From the NCBI GenBank assembly GCA_023489275.1, contig JAMDDD010000009.1, positions 436 to 64,435 on the forward strand: a DNA stretch of 64,000 nt, read 5' to 3'. Under the pieces are notes generated by a model. It saw only the letters and a list, made by a program, of their open reading frames with translations. It was not told the origin of the DNA and made no database searches. A program made the translations under genes and the position numbers. This document shows, in pieces, positions 12,480 to 22,699 of this stretch (position 1 is the first letter of the stretch; every line of letters begins with the position of its first letter). The DNA is from Actinomycetota bacterium (GTDB taxonomy: Bacteria > Actinomycetota > Thermoleophilia > BMS3ABIN01).

Positions 12480-13352
12480 GTGTTAAGCATCGCCTTGCCA
12501 AAAGGAAGCCTGCAGGAGCAGACGCTGAAGCTGTTTGCGGAAGCCGACCTGCCTGTCAACCGCAGCGCCCGCGAGTATAGCGTCACCATCGACGACGAGC
12601 GGATCAGCGCGGTCAAAATCCTGAGGCCCCAGGAGATCCCCAAATATGTCGAAGAGGGATATTTTGACCTGGGCATCTCCGGGCTGGACTGCATCACGGA
12701 AGCGGGAGCCGACGTGGTGGAAGTGGCGGAGATGCCTTATGCCAAGACCGGCGCCGGCAAGATGAAGATGGTAATCGCCGTGCCGGAAGGCTCCAATATC
12801 GAACGGGCCGGCGACATCAAACCCGGCAGCCGCGTGACGACGGAGTTTCCCAACATTACCCGGAAGTTTTTTGATGATCTCGGCACCCGCGTGGACGTCT
12901 TTTATTCTTTCGGCGCCACCGAGGCCAAGGTGCCGGAAATAATGGACATCGTCGTTGATCTCACCGAGACCGGCTCCACCCTCAGGCGCAATAACCTGAA
13001 AATCATCGAAACGATCATGGAGTCAACGACCAGACTGATCGCAAATAAAGACTCGTGGGCCGATCAGGGCAAACGGCAGGCGATGGAAGAGGTCCGTACG
13101 CTGCTGCTGGGAGTGATCGACGCCCGCGGGCGGGTGCTGCTGTCAATGAATGTGGCCCGGGACAAGCTGGAAGACGTCGTCGGCGTCCTGCCGGCGATGA
13201 AGCGCCCCACGGTAGCGCCGCTATACAATTCCGATTATTTTGAAATCTCCACCGTTGTTGACAAAAGCTCGGTTAACGTTATCATTCCCCAGCTAAAAGC
13301 CAGCGGCGCTGAGGACATTCTCGAGCAGAACATCTCCAAGATCGTCCGCTAG
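12480..13352 (+). CDS. hisG: ATP phosphoribosyltransferase, long form
   Basis: N-terminus MLSIALPKGSL typical of HisG; 290 aa with C-terminal regulatory domain; GTG start. Confidence 0.85.
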   Translation: MLSIALPKGSLQEQTLKLFAEADLPVNRSAREYSVTIDDERISAVKILRPQEIPKYVEEGYFDLGISGLDCITEAGADVVEVAEMPYAKTGAGKMKMVIAVPEGSNIERAGDIKPGSRVTTEFPNITRKFFDDLGTRVDVFYSFGATEAKVPEIMDIVVDLTETGSTLRRNNLKIIETIMESTTRLIANKDSWADQGKRQAMEEVRTLLLGVIDARGRVLLSMNVARDKLEDVVGVLPAMKRPTVAPLYNSDYFEISTVVDKSSVNVIIPQLKASGAEDILEQNISKIVR

Positions 13353-13395
13353 CGGCTCCGGCTGGGCAAACACCGTTTCGATCCATTTCGATTGA

Positions 13396-14679
13396 TTGGT
13401 TTGTCGGGCAGTGTCGATTTCAAGTTTCTTTCACAGAGCGGCGCGACCGCCGGTAACGATTTTTCTCCTCACCCGGGGCGGGCTGTTTTTCTTTGTCCCC
13501 GTGGCCTTTTTCATCATTTTGCGGGCGATTCCCGGACTCGGCATTTCACCGCCGCTTCATTATGTTCCCCTGGCAAACGTCTCCGGCTGGGGCCATTATT
13601 TTTTTGCTCCCTGGGCCCGATGGGACACCGGCTGGTATCTAAAGATCGCACGGCGGGGATATCTGCCTCAGGACGGCTCGGTTGCCTTCTTTCCCCTGTA
13701 TCCGTTTTTAATCGCTTCCCTCCGCCTGTTATTTGCGGGTAACCGGCTGATGACCGCGATCTTCATCTCCCTGACCGCCTGTCTGGCCGCTTTTTATCTG
13801 CTTTTCCGGCTGGTCGAGCTGGACTTCAGCACCGGTGCCGCCCGCAAGAGCGTCCTTTTCCTGGCGGTTTTTCCCACCTCATTTTTTCTGCAGGCGGTGT
13901 ACACGGAGTCGCTTTTCCTGGCCCTGACGGTGGGCAGCTTCTATGCCGCCAGGCGCAGGCGATACTTTCTGGCCGGCGTGGCCGCCGGCCTGGCGGCGCT
14001 GACGCGAAACACCGGCGTCCTCTTATTGATGCCGCTCATCATTTTTTACATGAGCGATCGCTCCTGGAACTGGCGGCGGATTGACATGAATATCCTTTCC
14101 CTGCTGCTCGCGCCCGCCGGCCTGCTGGGATGGATGTTTATCCTGAAAATAAACTTCGGTCAGGCGCTGCTGTTTGCCACCGCCCAGGCCCAATGGGGAC
14201 GCCACCTCGCCGGTCCACTCGCGGGCGGCCCGCTTGCGGCGCTGGCCAACGGTTTTCTGGATGCGTTCCGGGGGGCTGGCGCTGTCGTCAGCAATCCTGT
14301 CCACAGCCTATGGCCCCCCAATACCTTTGACCCCGCTTACCTGGGGAGCGCCGCCTTAATCGACTTTGGCTTAACCGTCTCTTTTGTGGTGTTAACTGCG
14401 CTTGCCTTCAGGCGCCTGCCTCTCGCCTATGCGGTCTATGGCCTCCTTGTCTTGCTGGTTCCGCTTCTTTACCCGCACTCGCCCGCTTTTCCGTCAGCTG
14501 ATTTCCGGCAGCCTTTGCTTTCAATGCCCCGTTTCTTGCTGGCAGATTTTCCCGCTTTCATCCTGTTCGGAATCGGGGTCGCGAAAAAGCCGAGGCTGAG
14601 CATGGCCGCCGCGTCCGTATCGGTCCTTCTTCTGATGGCTCTGACCGCGCGCTTTATTCTGGGCGAATGGGTGGCTTGA
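13396..14679 (+). CDS. polytopic membrane protein, DUF2029/GT87-like glycosyltransferase family (tentative)
   Basis: About 11 predicted TM helices, conserved W/D/Y-rich first loop (WARWDTGWYLKIARRGY); start uncertain. Confidence 0.4.
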   Translation: MVCRAVSISSFFHRAARPPVTIFLLTRGGLFFFVPVAFFIILRAIPGLGISPPLHYVPLANVSGWGHYFFAPWARWDTGWYLKIARRGYLPQDGSVAFFPLYPFLIASLRLLFAGNRLMTAIFISLTACLAAFYLLFRLVELDFSTGAARKSVLFLAVFPTSFFLQAVYTESLFLALTVGSFYAARRRRYFLAGVAAGLAALTRNTGVLLLMPLIIFYMSDRSWNWRRIDMNILSLLLAPAGLLGWMFILKINFGQALLFATAQAQWGRHLAGPLAGGPLAALANGFLDAFRGAGAVVSNPVHSLWPPNTFDPAYLGSAALIDFGLTVSFVVLTALAFRRLPLAYAVYGLLVLLVPLLYPHSPAFPSADFRQPLLSMPRFLLADFPAFILFGIGVAKKPRLSMAAASVSVLLLMALTARFILGEWVA

Positions 14680-15332
14680 CCTCTGGCCTGGAATAGCTAA
14701 CTCGGCCTGACAATAATTCTCTCTGTCAAAATCCATAAATTTTTGACGCCCCTTCCTGCCGTTCAGGCAAACTCTGAGGGAAGAGATTTGCTTTTCCCCG
14801 GCAGGAAGCAGGCAAATCCGGCCGGTGAACCGGCGGCGGCGCCAATAATGAAAGTCCCTGCTTTTTGACAAACCCAATAAGAATGAAAGATGTTTCTGCC
14901 GGGGCGTGGTTCAGGATGCGGGCAGAACATGTTAATAAATCAGCCGTCCGGGAAATAGATGGATTGTCCCCTGCAGAAAAAATGAGGTGGGCGGCGCGAA
15001 ACACCTGGATCAAGTTCAGGCGGCGGCGGAGCTGCTGCGGCCATCCCGGAGAACCAGGTTGCTGACAGCCCGCTCCGGAATCCCGGGAGGATTCCTGATC
15101 ATGAAAGCCTGTCCCGGCAGGTTGGTTATTTAATAACTACTTTGGATCGGAGCCGCAGGCTGTTTCTTGCACCCCGCCTCTTTTCGTTAGATAATGCGAT
15201 AGCGGTTCGGGGCCGCCTGGAATGACCCGAGCCGCGGATGAAACCAACCGGGCAAGTTTCGAAAGGCTTTAGCCGCTGGACATTCAGGAACTCAAGAAAA
15301 GGGCCAGCCTGCTGCGGCAGGACGTCATCCGC

Positions 15333-16121
15333 ATGGTAACCGCGGCCGGCTCAGGACACCCCGGCGGCTCACTGTCCGCGGCAGACATTGTCGCCGCACT
15401 TTATTTCCAGGTCCTTCAGCATAATCCCGCGGATCCAAAGTGGCCCGGCCGCGACCGGTTTATCTTGAGTAAAGGCCACTGCGCGCCGGTCCTTTACGCC
15501 GCGCTTGCCAGAAGCGGCTATTTCCCCGTGAAAGACCTGGTGAATCTTCGCCAGATTGATTGCCATCTGCAGGGCCACCCCGACATGCATAAAACGCCCG
15601 GGGTGGAGATCTCATCCGGCTCTCTCGGTCAGGGACTCTCGGTTTCGATAGGTATGGCGCTGGCGATGCGACTTGATAACCTTCCGGGCCGTATTTTCAC
15701 GCTGATGGGGGATGGTGAATCGCAGGAGGGCGAGGTCTGGGAGGCAGCAATGGCGGCGTCCCATTACAAGCTTAATAATCTCACCGCCATCATCGACGCG
15801 AACGGCCTTCAGATTGACGGCTTTACCTGCGACGTTATGAATATCGAGCCCCTGCCGGAAAAATTTGCCGCATTCGGCTGGAACACACTCGTCATCGACG
15901 GAAATAACATGGAGCAGGTTGTGGACGCGCTGGAGCGGAGCCGGACCGCCGCCGGCCCGGCGGCAATTATCGCCAGGACCGTGAAGGGCAAAGGGGTTTC
16001 ATATATGGAAAACAATGCCGGCTGGCATGGCAAGGCTCCCAAGGCCGGGGAAGCCGAACAGGCTCTGGCCGAGCTGACGGGGGAAGAGATCCGGGAAAGC
16101 CGGGAAAAAGTTGGCAGCTGA
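15333..16121 (+). CDS. transketolase, N-terminal (TPP-binding) subunit
   Basis: GSGHPGGSLS and GDGESQEGEVWEA motifs; the native N-terminus probably begins upstream at CTG 15276 (see findings). Confidence 0.85.
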   Translation: MVTAAGSGHPGGSLSAADIVAALYFQVLQHNPADPKWPGRDRFILSKGHCAPVLYAALARSGYFPVKDLVNLRQIDCHLQGHPDMHKTPGVEISSGSLGQGLSVSIGMALAMRLDNLPGRIFTLMGDGESQEGEVWEAAMAASHYKLNNLTAIIDANGLQIDGFTCDVMNIEPLPEKFAAFGWNTLVIDGNNMEQVVDALERSRTAAGPAAIIARTVKGKGVSYMENNAGWHGKAPKAGEAEQALAELTGEEIRESREKVGS

Positions 16122-17058
16122 GCTTAAACCGAGAGCTACCCGGGAGGCATACGGCGAGGCTCTCCTGGAGCTGGGAGCGCGCCATCCGGAAGTTGTGGCG
16201 CTGGACGCCGACCTGTCCGGCTCAACAAAGAGCGGTAATTTTGCCGCCGCCTATCCCCAGCGCTTTTTCAACGCCGGCGTCGCCGAGGCAAACATGATGA
16301 ACATGGCCGCCGGACTGGCAATTGGCGGCAAGATTCCCTATGCCTCCACCTTTGCCGTTTTTGCTACCGGCCGGGCGTTTGACCAGGTGCGGCAAAGCAT
16401 TGCCCAGCCGCGCCTTCCCGTGAGAATATGCGCCAGCCACGGGGGCCTGACGGTGGGTGAAGACGGTTGCACGCACCAGTCCATCGAAGACATCGGTCTG
16501 ATGCGGATGCTGCCGAACATGCGCGTCGTAGTGCCGGCGGATTTTAATCAGACCTACGCGGCCGTGATCGAAAGTTACAATCTGCCGGGCCCGATGTACC
16601 TCCGCACGGGGCGGCCAAATGTGCCGTTTCTGTACGAGCAGGTTCCGGAAGGCCTGGGCAATGGCTGCGATATTCTTAAAGAAGGCTCCGACATTTCCAT
16701 CTTCGCCTGTGGCATAATGGTGGCCAAGGCTTTGGAGGCCGCCCGGCGGCTGGAAAAAAGGGATATTGACGCCGAGGTGGTAAACGTAAGCATCATCAAG
16801 CCGATTGACGCAGATACGGTGGCCGGAAGCCTGTCAAAGACGGGACGCGCCATCACTGCTGAAGAACATAGTATAATAGGCGGCCTGGGAGATGCGGTTG
16901 CGGAAGTCGCTGCCGAACAATGCCCGGTCAGGATAGGCCGCCTGGGAATCAAGGATACGTTTGGAAAATCCGGCCATCCCGACCAGTTGCTGGAGGAATT
17001 CCATCTAACCGTCGCGGATCTGGTGAACTTGGCCCAGGACATGCAGAAAAGCGAATAA
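16111..17058 (+). CDS. transketolase, C-terminal (pyrimidine-binding) subunit
   Basis: 315 aa, overlaps N-subunit stop by 11 nt; conserved FNAGVAE and GGLTVGEDGCTHQ motifs. Confidence 0.85.
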   Translation: MAAELKPRATREAYGEALLELGARHPEVVALDADLSGSTKSGNFAAAYPQRFFNAGVAEANMMNMAAGLAIGGKIPYASTFAVFATGRAFDQVRQSIAQPRLPVRICASHGGLTVGEDGCTHQSIEDIGLMRMLPNMRVVVPADFNQTYAAVIESYNLPGPMYLRTGRPNVPFLYEQVPEGLGNGCDILKEGSDISIFACGIMVAKALEAARRLEKRDIDAEVVNVSIIKPIDADTVAGSLSKTGRAITAEEHSIIGGLGDAVAEVAAEQCPVRIGRLGIKDTFGKSGHPDQLLEEFHLTVADLVNLAQDMQKSE

Positions 17059-17214
17059 CTGCTGGCAAGAGGCCGTTTGCGGCCGTCATTTTGGAGCGCG
17101 CCGTTTTAAAGGACGCTCCACAACCCCCGGGTATTTTCCTCTTTTTTCCATACAAACACATATGGCCTTGAGATTAAAAAGTATATGCCAGGCGCCGGCT
17201 GATGGAGCAAGCTG

Positions 17215-17892
17215 TTGATCAGATTTGAAAATGTAACAAAGATATACGATCCGAACATTGTCGGTCTTCAGGATGTCAACGTCCATATCGGGCGCGGCGA
17301 CTTCGCGTTCCTGGTCGGGCATAGTGGCTCCGGCAAATCAACTTTTATCAGGCTGCTGCTGAAGGAATTTGAGCCTTCCCGGGGCTCGATTACCGTGGCC
17401 GGCCGTAACCTGCAGCGAATGCGCCGTGGCGCCCTGCCACATCACCGGCGCAACATCGGCTGCGTCTTTCAGGATTTCAAGCTGCTGCCAAACCGCACGG
17501 TCGCCGAGAATGTCGCCTACGCTCTGCGGGTCACCGGCCAGCCGGCCCGGGCCATCCGGCGCAAAGTGCCCGAGATCCTGCAGCTGGTCGGCCTGGGAGA
17601 GAAGATGAGCAACCTCCCCGACGAGCTCTCCGCCGGGGAGCAGCAGCGGGTCAGCGTCGCCCGCGCTTTCGTCAATCACCCGTCCCTGCTGGTGGCGGAC
17701 GAGCCTACCGGCAACCTGGATCCGGACACCTCGGTCGGCATCATGCAGCTTCTCTACCGGATCAACCGAACGGGAACGACGGTGCTGATGGCGACCCATG
17801 ACAGGGAAATGGTTGATAAAATGCGAAAGCGTGTTATAGCGCTTGAGGGTGGCAAGGTTATCCGCGACGAGGACAAGGGGCTGTACAGATAA
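17215..17892 (+). CDS. ftsE: cell-division ABC ATPase FtsE
   Basis: Walker A GHSGSGKST, signature LSAGEQQRVSVARA, Walker B LLVADEPTGNLD; TTG start. Confidence 0.85.
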   Translation: MIRFENVTKIYDPNIVGLQDVNVHIGRGDFAFLVGHSGSGKSTFIRLLLKEFEPSRGSITVAGRNLQRMRRGALPHHRRNIGCVFQDFKLLPNRTVAENVAYALRVTGQPARAIRRKVPEILQLVGLGEKMSNLPDELSAGEQQRVSVARAFVNHPSLLVADEPTGNLDPDTSVGIMQLLYRINRTGTTVLMATHDREMVDKMRKRVIALEGGKVIRDEDKGLYR

Positions 17893-19010
17893 TGAGATTC
17901 CGGTTCTTTCTGGGCGAGGCGCTCGATTCGCTCACACGCAACTGGGTGATGAGCGTGGCCGCGATCGTCACCGTGCTGGTATCCATGTTCGTTCTCGGCA
18001 TCGGCGCCTTCGTCTTTTTTAACCTGCAAAACGCCACCAGCGGCGTCCGCAACAAGCTGGAGATCGAAGTCTTTATCAAGAATACCGCCTCGCAGGACCA
18101 GGTCAACCAGCTGGGAGACCAGATCAAGGGAATGCCCGAGGTCAAAAGCATGGACTTTGTCAGCAAGGATGAAGCGCTCCAGAGGCTGCGCGACAGCATG
18201 AAAGGTCATGAAGACGTGCTGGCGGCTCTTTCCGGCAATCCACTGCCGGCTTCGTTCGAGATCTTCCTGAAGGATACCAACCAGACAAATCTCGTCGCCA
18301 GCCGTTTTTATAATAACCAGACCGTTGACAACAGCCCGGTCGCCGATTCGGCCGACAATCCAATCACGCTGGCTGGTGATCTGAGCGACGGCGCAACGAA
18401 CATGACCGTGACCGCCGGCGGCGGGGCACAGTTCGCCAAGGACATGTACTTCCACATCGATAACGAAGTCATGCGCGTCACGGACAATCCGAACGGGGAT
18501 ACGATGAACATCGCCCGCGCCCAGGCAGGCACCAAGGCCGAAGCCCACAGCAAGGGCGCCGAGATCTACGGTGAAGACGGGGTCAAGACCGGCGGCAATA
18601 CCACGGCGCGCGTGAATGCGGTGGCCAACTACACCCTCATCGGCGGCAGCGGTTTTGTAATTCTGCTAGCCGTGGCTTCAGTGCTGCTTATCTCCAACAC
18701 AATCAGACTGTCAATTTTCGCCCGCCGCCGCGAGGTGGAGATCATGCGGCTGGTGGGCGCCACCAACTGGTTCATTCGCTGGCCGTTTGTGATGGAGGGT
18801 GTTTTTACCGGGCTGCTCGGCGCCACCGCGGCCGTGATCCTGGTGATCATTGTGCAAAATTCGATCATTGATGTCATCAGTTCACAGCTTTCCTTCCTCG
18901 GTGCCGAGGCTGTCCCCACCGGCTGGCTGCTCCTGTCGATCATCGGCGGCGGCATCTTGCTGGGCTCGGTCGGCAGCGCCCTGGCTCTGAGGCGGTTCCT
19001 CAAAATATAA
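17892..19010 (+). CDS. ftsX: cell-division permease FtsX with enlarged extracytoplasmic domain
   Basis: C-terminal FtsX motif RRREVEIMRLVGAT and 4 TM helices; start codon overlaps ftsE stop; periplasmic loop ~200 aa, larger than usual. Confidence 0.8.
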   Translation: MRFRFFLGEALDSLTRNWVMSVAAIVTVLVSMFVLGIGAFVFFNLQNATSGVRNKLEIEVFIKNTASQDQVNQLGDQIKGMPEVKSMDFVSKDEALQRLRDSMKGHEDVLAALSGNPLPASFEIFLKDTNQTNLVASRFYNNQTVDNSPVADSADNPITLAGDLSDGATNMTVTAGGGAQFAKDMYFHIDNEVMRVTDNPNGDTMNIARAQAGTKAEAHSKGAEIYGEDGVKTGGNTTARVNAVANYTLIGGSGFVILLAVASVLLISNTIRLSIFARRREVEIMRLVGATNWFIRWPFVMEGVFTGLLGATAAVILVIIVQNSIIDVISSQLSFLGAEAVPTGWLLLSIIGGGILLGSVGSALALRRFLKI

Positions 19011-19272
19011 GGCGATGATTTTTTTCACGGTCTGGCGGGTATAATTATCAGGACGATATTATTAAAGTGGCGCCAATGGCGGTCAGCGCCATCGCAAGGC
19101 AGGCAGCCAGCCCACCAGGAGGAAAAACACTTCCAGATTGCCAAGCAAACCGTTTTACGTTATAGTTATGATGCCCGCTGGCCGGGCGAAGATAATTGGG
19201 TTGCAGTGCTGGACTGATGCTTTGGCGAGGTTCGAGTACGCTTCCACGGGAAATTCGAAGGGAGGAAAAACC

Positions 19273-19473
19273 TTGCCGGAAGGAACAGTCAAATGGTTCT
19301 CCGACCAGAAAGGCTACGGCTTTATTGAACAGGAGAACGGCAGCGATCTATTCGTTCACTTTTCCGAGATCCAGGGCGACGGCTTCAAAACCCTTGCCGA
19401 GGGTCAAAAAGTGAGCTTCGAGCCATCTGAAGGGCCGAAAGGCCCTCAGGCCACAAATGTGCGAGTACTGTAA
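19273..19473 (+). CDS. cspA: cold-shock protein (CspA family)
   Basis: RNP1-like [12 protein letters not shown] and RNP2-like VHFSEI motifs; TTG start 6 nt after GGAGGA. Confidence 0.85.
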   Translation: MPEGTVKWFSDQKGYGFIEQENGSDLFVHFSEIQGDGFKTLAEGQKVSFEPSEGPKGPQATNVRVL

Positions 19474-19486
19474 TTGTTGCTAATGC

Positions 19487-19518
19487 CAAAAGGCCCTCCG
19501 CCAGGAGGGCCTTTTTTT
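19487..19518 (+). terminator. rho-independent terminator after cspA
   Basis: AAAGGCCCTCCGCCAGGAGGGCC hairpin followed by TTTTTTT. Confidence 0.8.
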
Positions 19519-19545
19519 AATCCTTTTTTAAGCGTCTGATGAACC

Positions 19546-19719
19546 TTACCAGGTGTAGACCTGATCGCTGGAGAAGATAAGATCAACCAGCTTGTCGTAG
19601 TCTTTATCCTGCTTCAGACGCACGACGGTAACTTCGTTTTCCGGCGCCTCCTGATCTTCGATGATGGTATCGACGTTGCCGGTTTCCGTAAATTCCTTGA
19701 TAATGTGCAATATTTTCAT
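19546..19719 (-). CDS. small acidic protein, unknown function (last gene of the sulfur-relay operon)
   Basis: 57-aa ORF starting MKILHIIKEF; co-oriented and contiguous with DsrE-like genes. Confidence 0.35.
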   Translation of the reverse strand: MKILHIIKEFTETGNVDTIIEDQEAPENEVTVVRLKQDKDYDKLVDLIFSSDQVYTW

Positions 19720-19777
19720 AAAAACCCCTGTTCGGATAATCGGCGTTTGACTGCCTCCCGCCAGCCTTGGCCTGGGA

Positions 19778-20056
19778 TTAGTAAGGGACGACGTGATCGA
19801 ACTCAAGCAGCTTCTGAGGAATGTTCTGCATGGTCATATGCTCGAAGCCTTCATCGGCTTCATTAACCGAAATCCGGCCGCATTCGAGGTCGCCAAGAGT
19901 CTCAACATTGAGATCGTTGTCGCCATGATGCTCGATCGGATCGCCCATGTTGATGACGGAAACTTCATCGCCTTCGAGTGTAAGGCCGACCGCCATCCGG
20001 AGCGCCTCATCCTGCCTGTCCCTGATTATGACTGCAATTTTCCTGGCGTCGGCCAT
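19778..20056 (-). CDS. DsrE/DsrF/DsrH-like sulfur relay family protein
   Basis: 92 aa, overlaps upstream gene stop; fold-family call from length and context only. Confidence 0.4.
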   Translation of the reverse strand: MADARKIAVIIRDRQDEALRMAVGLTLEGDEVSVINMGDPIEHHGDNDLNVETLGDLECGRISVNEADEGFEHMTMQNIPQKLLEFDHVVPY

Positions 20057-20343
20057 TAGAAGACCACCACCTTGTCAACTTCATGCATCATTACCGCGTT
20101 CTGGTACTGGCTGCCGGACTTGGCCCCCTTGACATCGGAGACGCCCCGCGGGCCGGCGCTGTGCTCGCAGTATGAGACCTCAGCTGTCTCACCAAGCTGA
20201 CTGCAGATATCAGCAATCAGCAGCGTGCCGTCGTCCATGCCAAAAATGGTCACGTCATGACCTTTCGCTTTCGCTGCCCTGGCAAGCCCGACAACATCTT
20301 CCAGATATTTATCGGAGTTGACAAGAATCCCAAGTTTGCTCAT
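20056..20343 (-). CDS. DsrE/DsrF-like sulfur relay protein
   Basis: 95 aa, N-terminal GILVNSDKY...V(T)IF..DDG pattern with candidate active Cys in SYCEHS. Confidence 0.5.
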   Translation of the reverse strand: MSKLGILVNSDKYLEDVVGLARAAKAKGHDVTIFGMDDGTLLIADICSQLGETAEVSYCEHSAGPRGVSDVKGAKSGSQYQNAVMMHEVDKVVVF

Positions 20344-20552
20344 ATCACTACCTCCATCATTACCTCCATCCTTCGTTATATTGTCCCGCCCCTTGAGTCA
20401 AGGACAGCCCGGAGCGTGATTATATTATTGCCCGTGAGATAACTCAAGAAACGCAAAAAAACAGGGCGCGGCGCTACAGTGTCATTTCCGTAGCCGCCGC
20501 ACCCAGCGAAAATCAAGGTTTATCCCGGTAGATGCACTATCGGGACAGACTC

Positions 20553-20798
20553 TTATTTCTGGATTTTCAGAGCGGTGACGCCCGCCTTCGGGTTCGTCTT
20601 CTCGACAATCTCGTACCCTTTGCCATTGCAGGCCTGGGTAACCGATTCCACCGAAGAGGGATTGTCTATCAGAACATCCAGCTCCATGCCCTTTTGCAAC
20701 TTGTCCATACACTTAAGGGTGTATAGCTGCGGATGCGGACAGACATACCCCGTTACGTCCAGCTCGTATTTGCCGTCTTCGAGCTTGTTGAATTTCAA
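20553..20798 (-). CDS. tusA: TusA-like sulfurtransferase
   Basis: 81 aa with the diagnostic CPxP motif (YVCPHPQL). Confidence 0.85.
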   Translation of the reverse strand: MKFNKLEDGKYELDVTGYVCPHPQLYTLKCMDKLQKGMELDVLIDNPSSVESVTQACNGKGYEIVEKTNPKAGVTALKIQK

Positions 20799-20842
20799 AG
20801 CGTTTCACCTCCTAAATCAACGCCGGTTAAGCTGTCGATCAT

Positions 20843-22357
20843 TTATAACTTGATATCGAAGTCCATGTCATCGGAAGCCATCATGCGGTTGGCAAAGTAG
20901 TTAATGTACTTTGCCGACAGCCCGGCTCCGATGAACAGTCCGGTAAAGAAAACCCAGGCGCTTGGATTTCCAAAAGCAGCCGGCCCGTAAAAGGCGCCAA
21001 TGTTGCAGCCCAAGCCGACCCGGGCGCCGATTCCCATCAGGGTGCCGCCGCCAACGGCGTAGCCCCATTGCGCCTTGGAGTGCGGGAATTTCCACTTAAA
21101 CTCCCGCGCCGTCAAGGACTTGAAAGCCGCCCCGAATATCAGTCCGACGGAAAGCAGGAGCGCCGGACTGAGCCAGGGATTGGGCAGCCCGTTGTCCTGG
21201 CCAAAATAGGAGTTGTTCGCCATGGAAAAATCGGCATGGCGCAGTATCCAGCCGCCTAACATGGCTTCCTGGGTGGTGATATACCAGTAACCCGGATCAA
21301 AAACAGTATTGTTGTGAGATACGTCGGGGTAGGTCGCGTGTGTCTTGGGCCAGCTGGATGGAGCCTTGGCGGACACCGGCTTCCCGTTGGGCAGCTTCTG
21401 ATGAACCGCCGGCTGACCCGCCAGCACCTGGCCAAAATTGGTAAAGTTGTAACGATTCTGGAGCCAGGCCAAAGTGAAGATCTGGGCGCCGGCCACGATG
21501 CCGATGAGGATGGCGGCAATCGAGGTGCGGCGCGAGGCGCTGATCATTGACCAGAAGCCGGCCAGCTCGTCCTTGAAGCCGGCCTTGACGGTGCCACCGT
21601 CGGCCGTGGCGCCAGCGGTGGCGGCTATCTGTCTGGTGCGGCGCTTGAGGTATGGCTTGCGCACGACAAAGATATAAACGCCGATCAATAGCACCAGCCC
21701 GACGAGAACTGCGTTGATGAGGGTATCCCCCACCAGGTGTTGCCAGAAGGAATACTTTGCATTTGGATTGCCGACGCCGCCAAACAGAAGCTTGGTGACG
21801 CCCCAGTCATTCAGCGTCTTGCCGGTGATAAAGTGTGCCTTGAACCAGTCGAAGACCGTCGCGTTAAAAATGGCCTGGGAAAAAGCAAGCGAGAGGAGCA
21901 CGACGAAGGAAATCATGTTGCCTTCCCCGGTCTTGTAAAGGCTGCCGGTGGCGCAGCCTCCGGCAAAGACCATGCCCAGCCCGAAGATGATGCCGCCGAG
22001 CAGTCCATGAAAACCAATTGATTCAATGATGTACTTGTCAGGATAAACCGAGACAATATACGAATTGACAATGCTTAACATGATCAGGCCAATGATGATG
22101 CCGACGAACATCCGCGGCACCTTGACCATAATCAGGTCGCGGAATGCAGAGGCAAAGCAAAACCTGCCATACTGCTGCAAAATGCCATAAAGAAAACCAA
22201 ACCACATGTAAGCAACAATGTAAACGTACACGGGTGCAGACAAAAGATACAGGATCGAAAGGATCGCCACGAATCCCAGCACCCCGATAGCGTAAATTTT
22301 GTGTCTATACTTTGTTACGGCGTCTGCCATACCCCATCCTCCTTTGTGTTGTGCCAA
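20843..22357 (-). CDS. YeeE/YedE-family sulfur-compound (thiosulfate) transporter, long variant
   Basis: Two internal repeats each carrying the family Cys motif (GGCATGSLYKTGEG and GLGCNIGAFYGP); polytopic; 504 aa with a ~150-aa insertion relative to typical family members. Confidence 0.75.
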   Translation of the reverse strand: MAQHKGGWGMADAVTKYRHKIYAIGVLGFVAILSILYLLSAPVYVYIVAYMWFGFLYGILQQYGRFCFASAFRDLIMVKVPRMFVGIIIGLIMLSIVNSYIVSVYPDKYIIESIGFHGLLGGIIFGLGMVFAGGCATGSLYKTGEGNMISFVVLLSLAFSQAIFNATVFDWFKAHFITGKTLNDWGVTKLLFGGVGNPNAKYSFWQHLVGDTLINAVLVGLVLLIGVYIFVVRKPYLKRRTRQIAATAGATADGGTVKAGFKDELAGFWSMISASRRTSIAAILIGIVAGAQIFTLAWLQNRYNFTNFGQVLAGQPAVHQKLPNGKPVSAKAPSSWPKTHATYPDVSHNNTVFDPGYWYITTQEAMLGGWILRHADFSMANNSYFGQDNGLPNPWLSPALLLSVGLIFGAAFKSLTAREFKWKFPHSKAQWGYAVGGGTLMGIGARVGLGCNIGAFYGPAAFGNPSAWVFFTGLFIGAGLSAKYINYFANRMMASDDMDFDIKL

Positions 22358-22699
22358 ATCCGAAGTTAAGCGTCCGGGGAACGATCCGCCGACGCGTTAG
22401 CAAGAGATAATAAAAAAGGAATGTGCCTCTTCTCCATGACCCATGCGTGTGTATAAACGCTTACCAGCGTGGACCGGAAAAAACAGGACTGAAGGCTTAG
22501 GCAATACCCAGTTGTAAACCCACAGCCCCTTGCTTCCTTCACCAAAATAACGCACGCATACCCTAATGTTTGCAACATTATTTAATACCCGGTTGCCCGA
22601 GTTGTCAAGGAGTTGCAAGGAAGTGGTTCGTGTTCCCGATTCCTGGACCGGCCGTGGCCTTTTTGGAAACGCGGCCCCTGAATCGAAAGCGGCCGTCGT

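Noticed and set aside
15100-15330. TPP riboswitch upstream of transketolase
   Set aside because: No CUGAGA / ACCUGAUCUGGAUAAUGCCAGCG THI-box elements were found.
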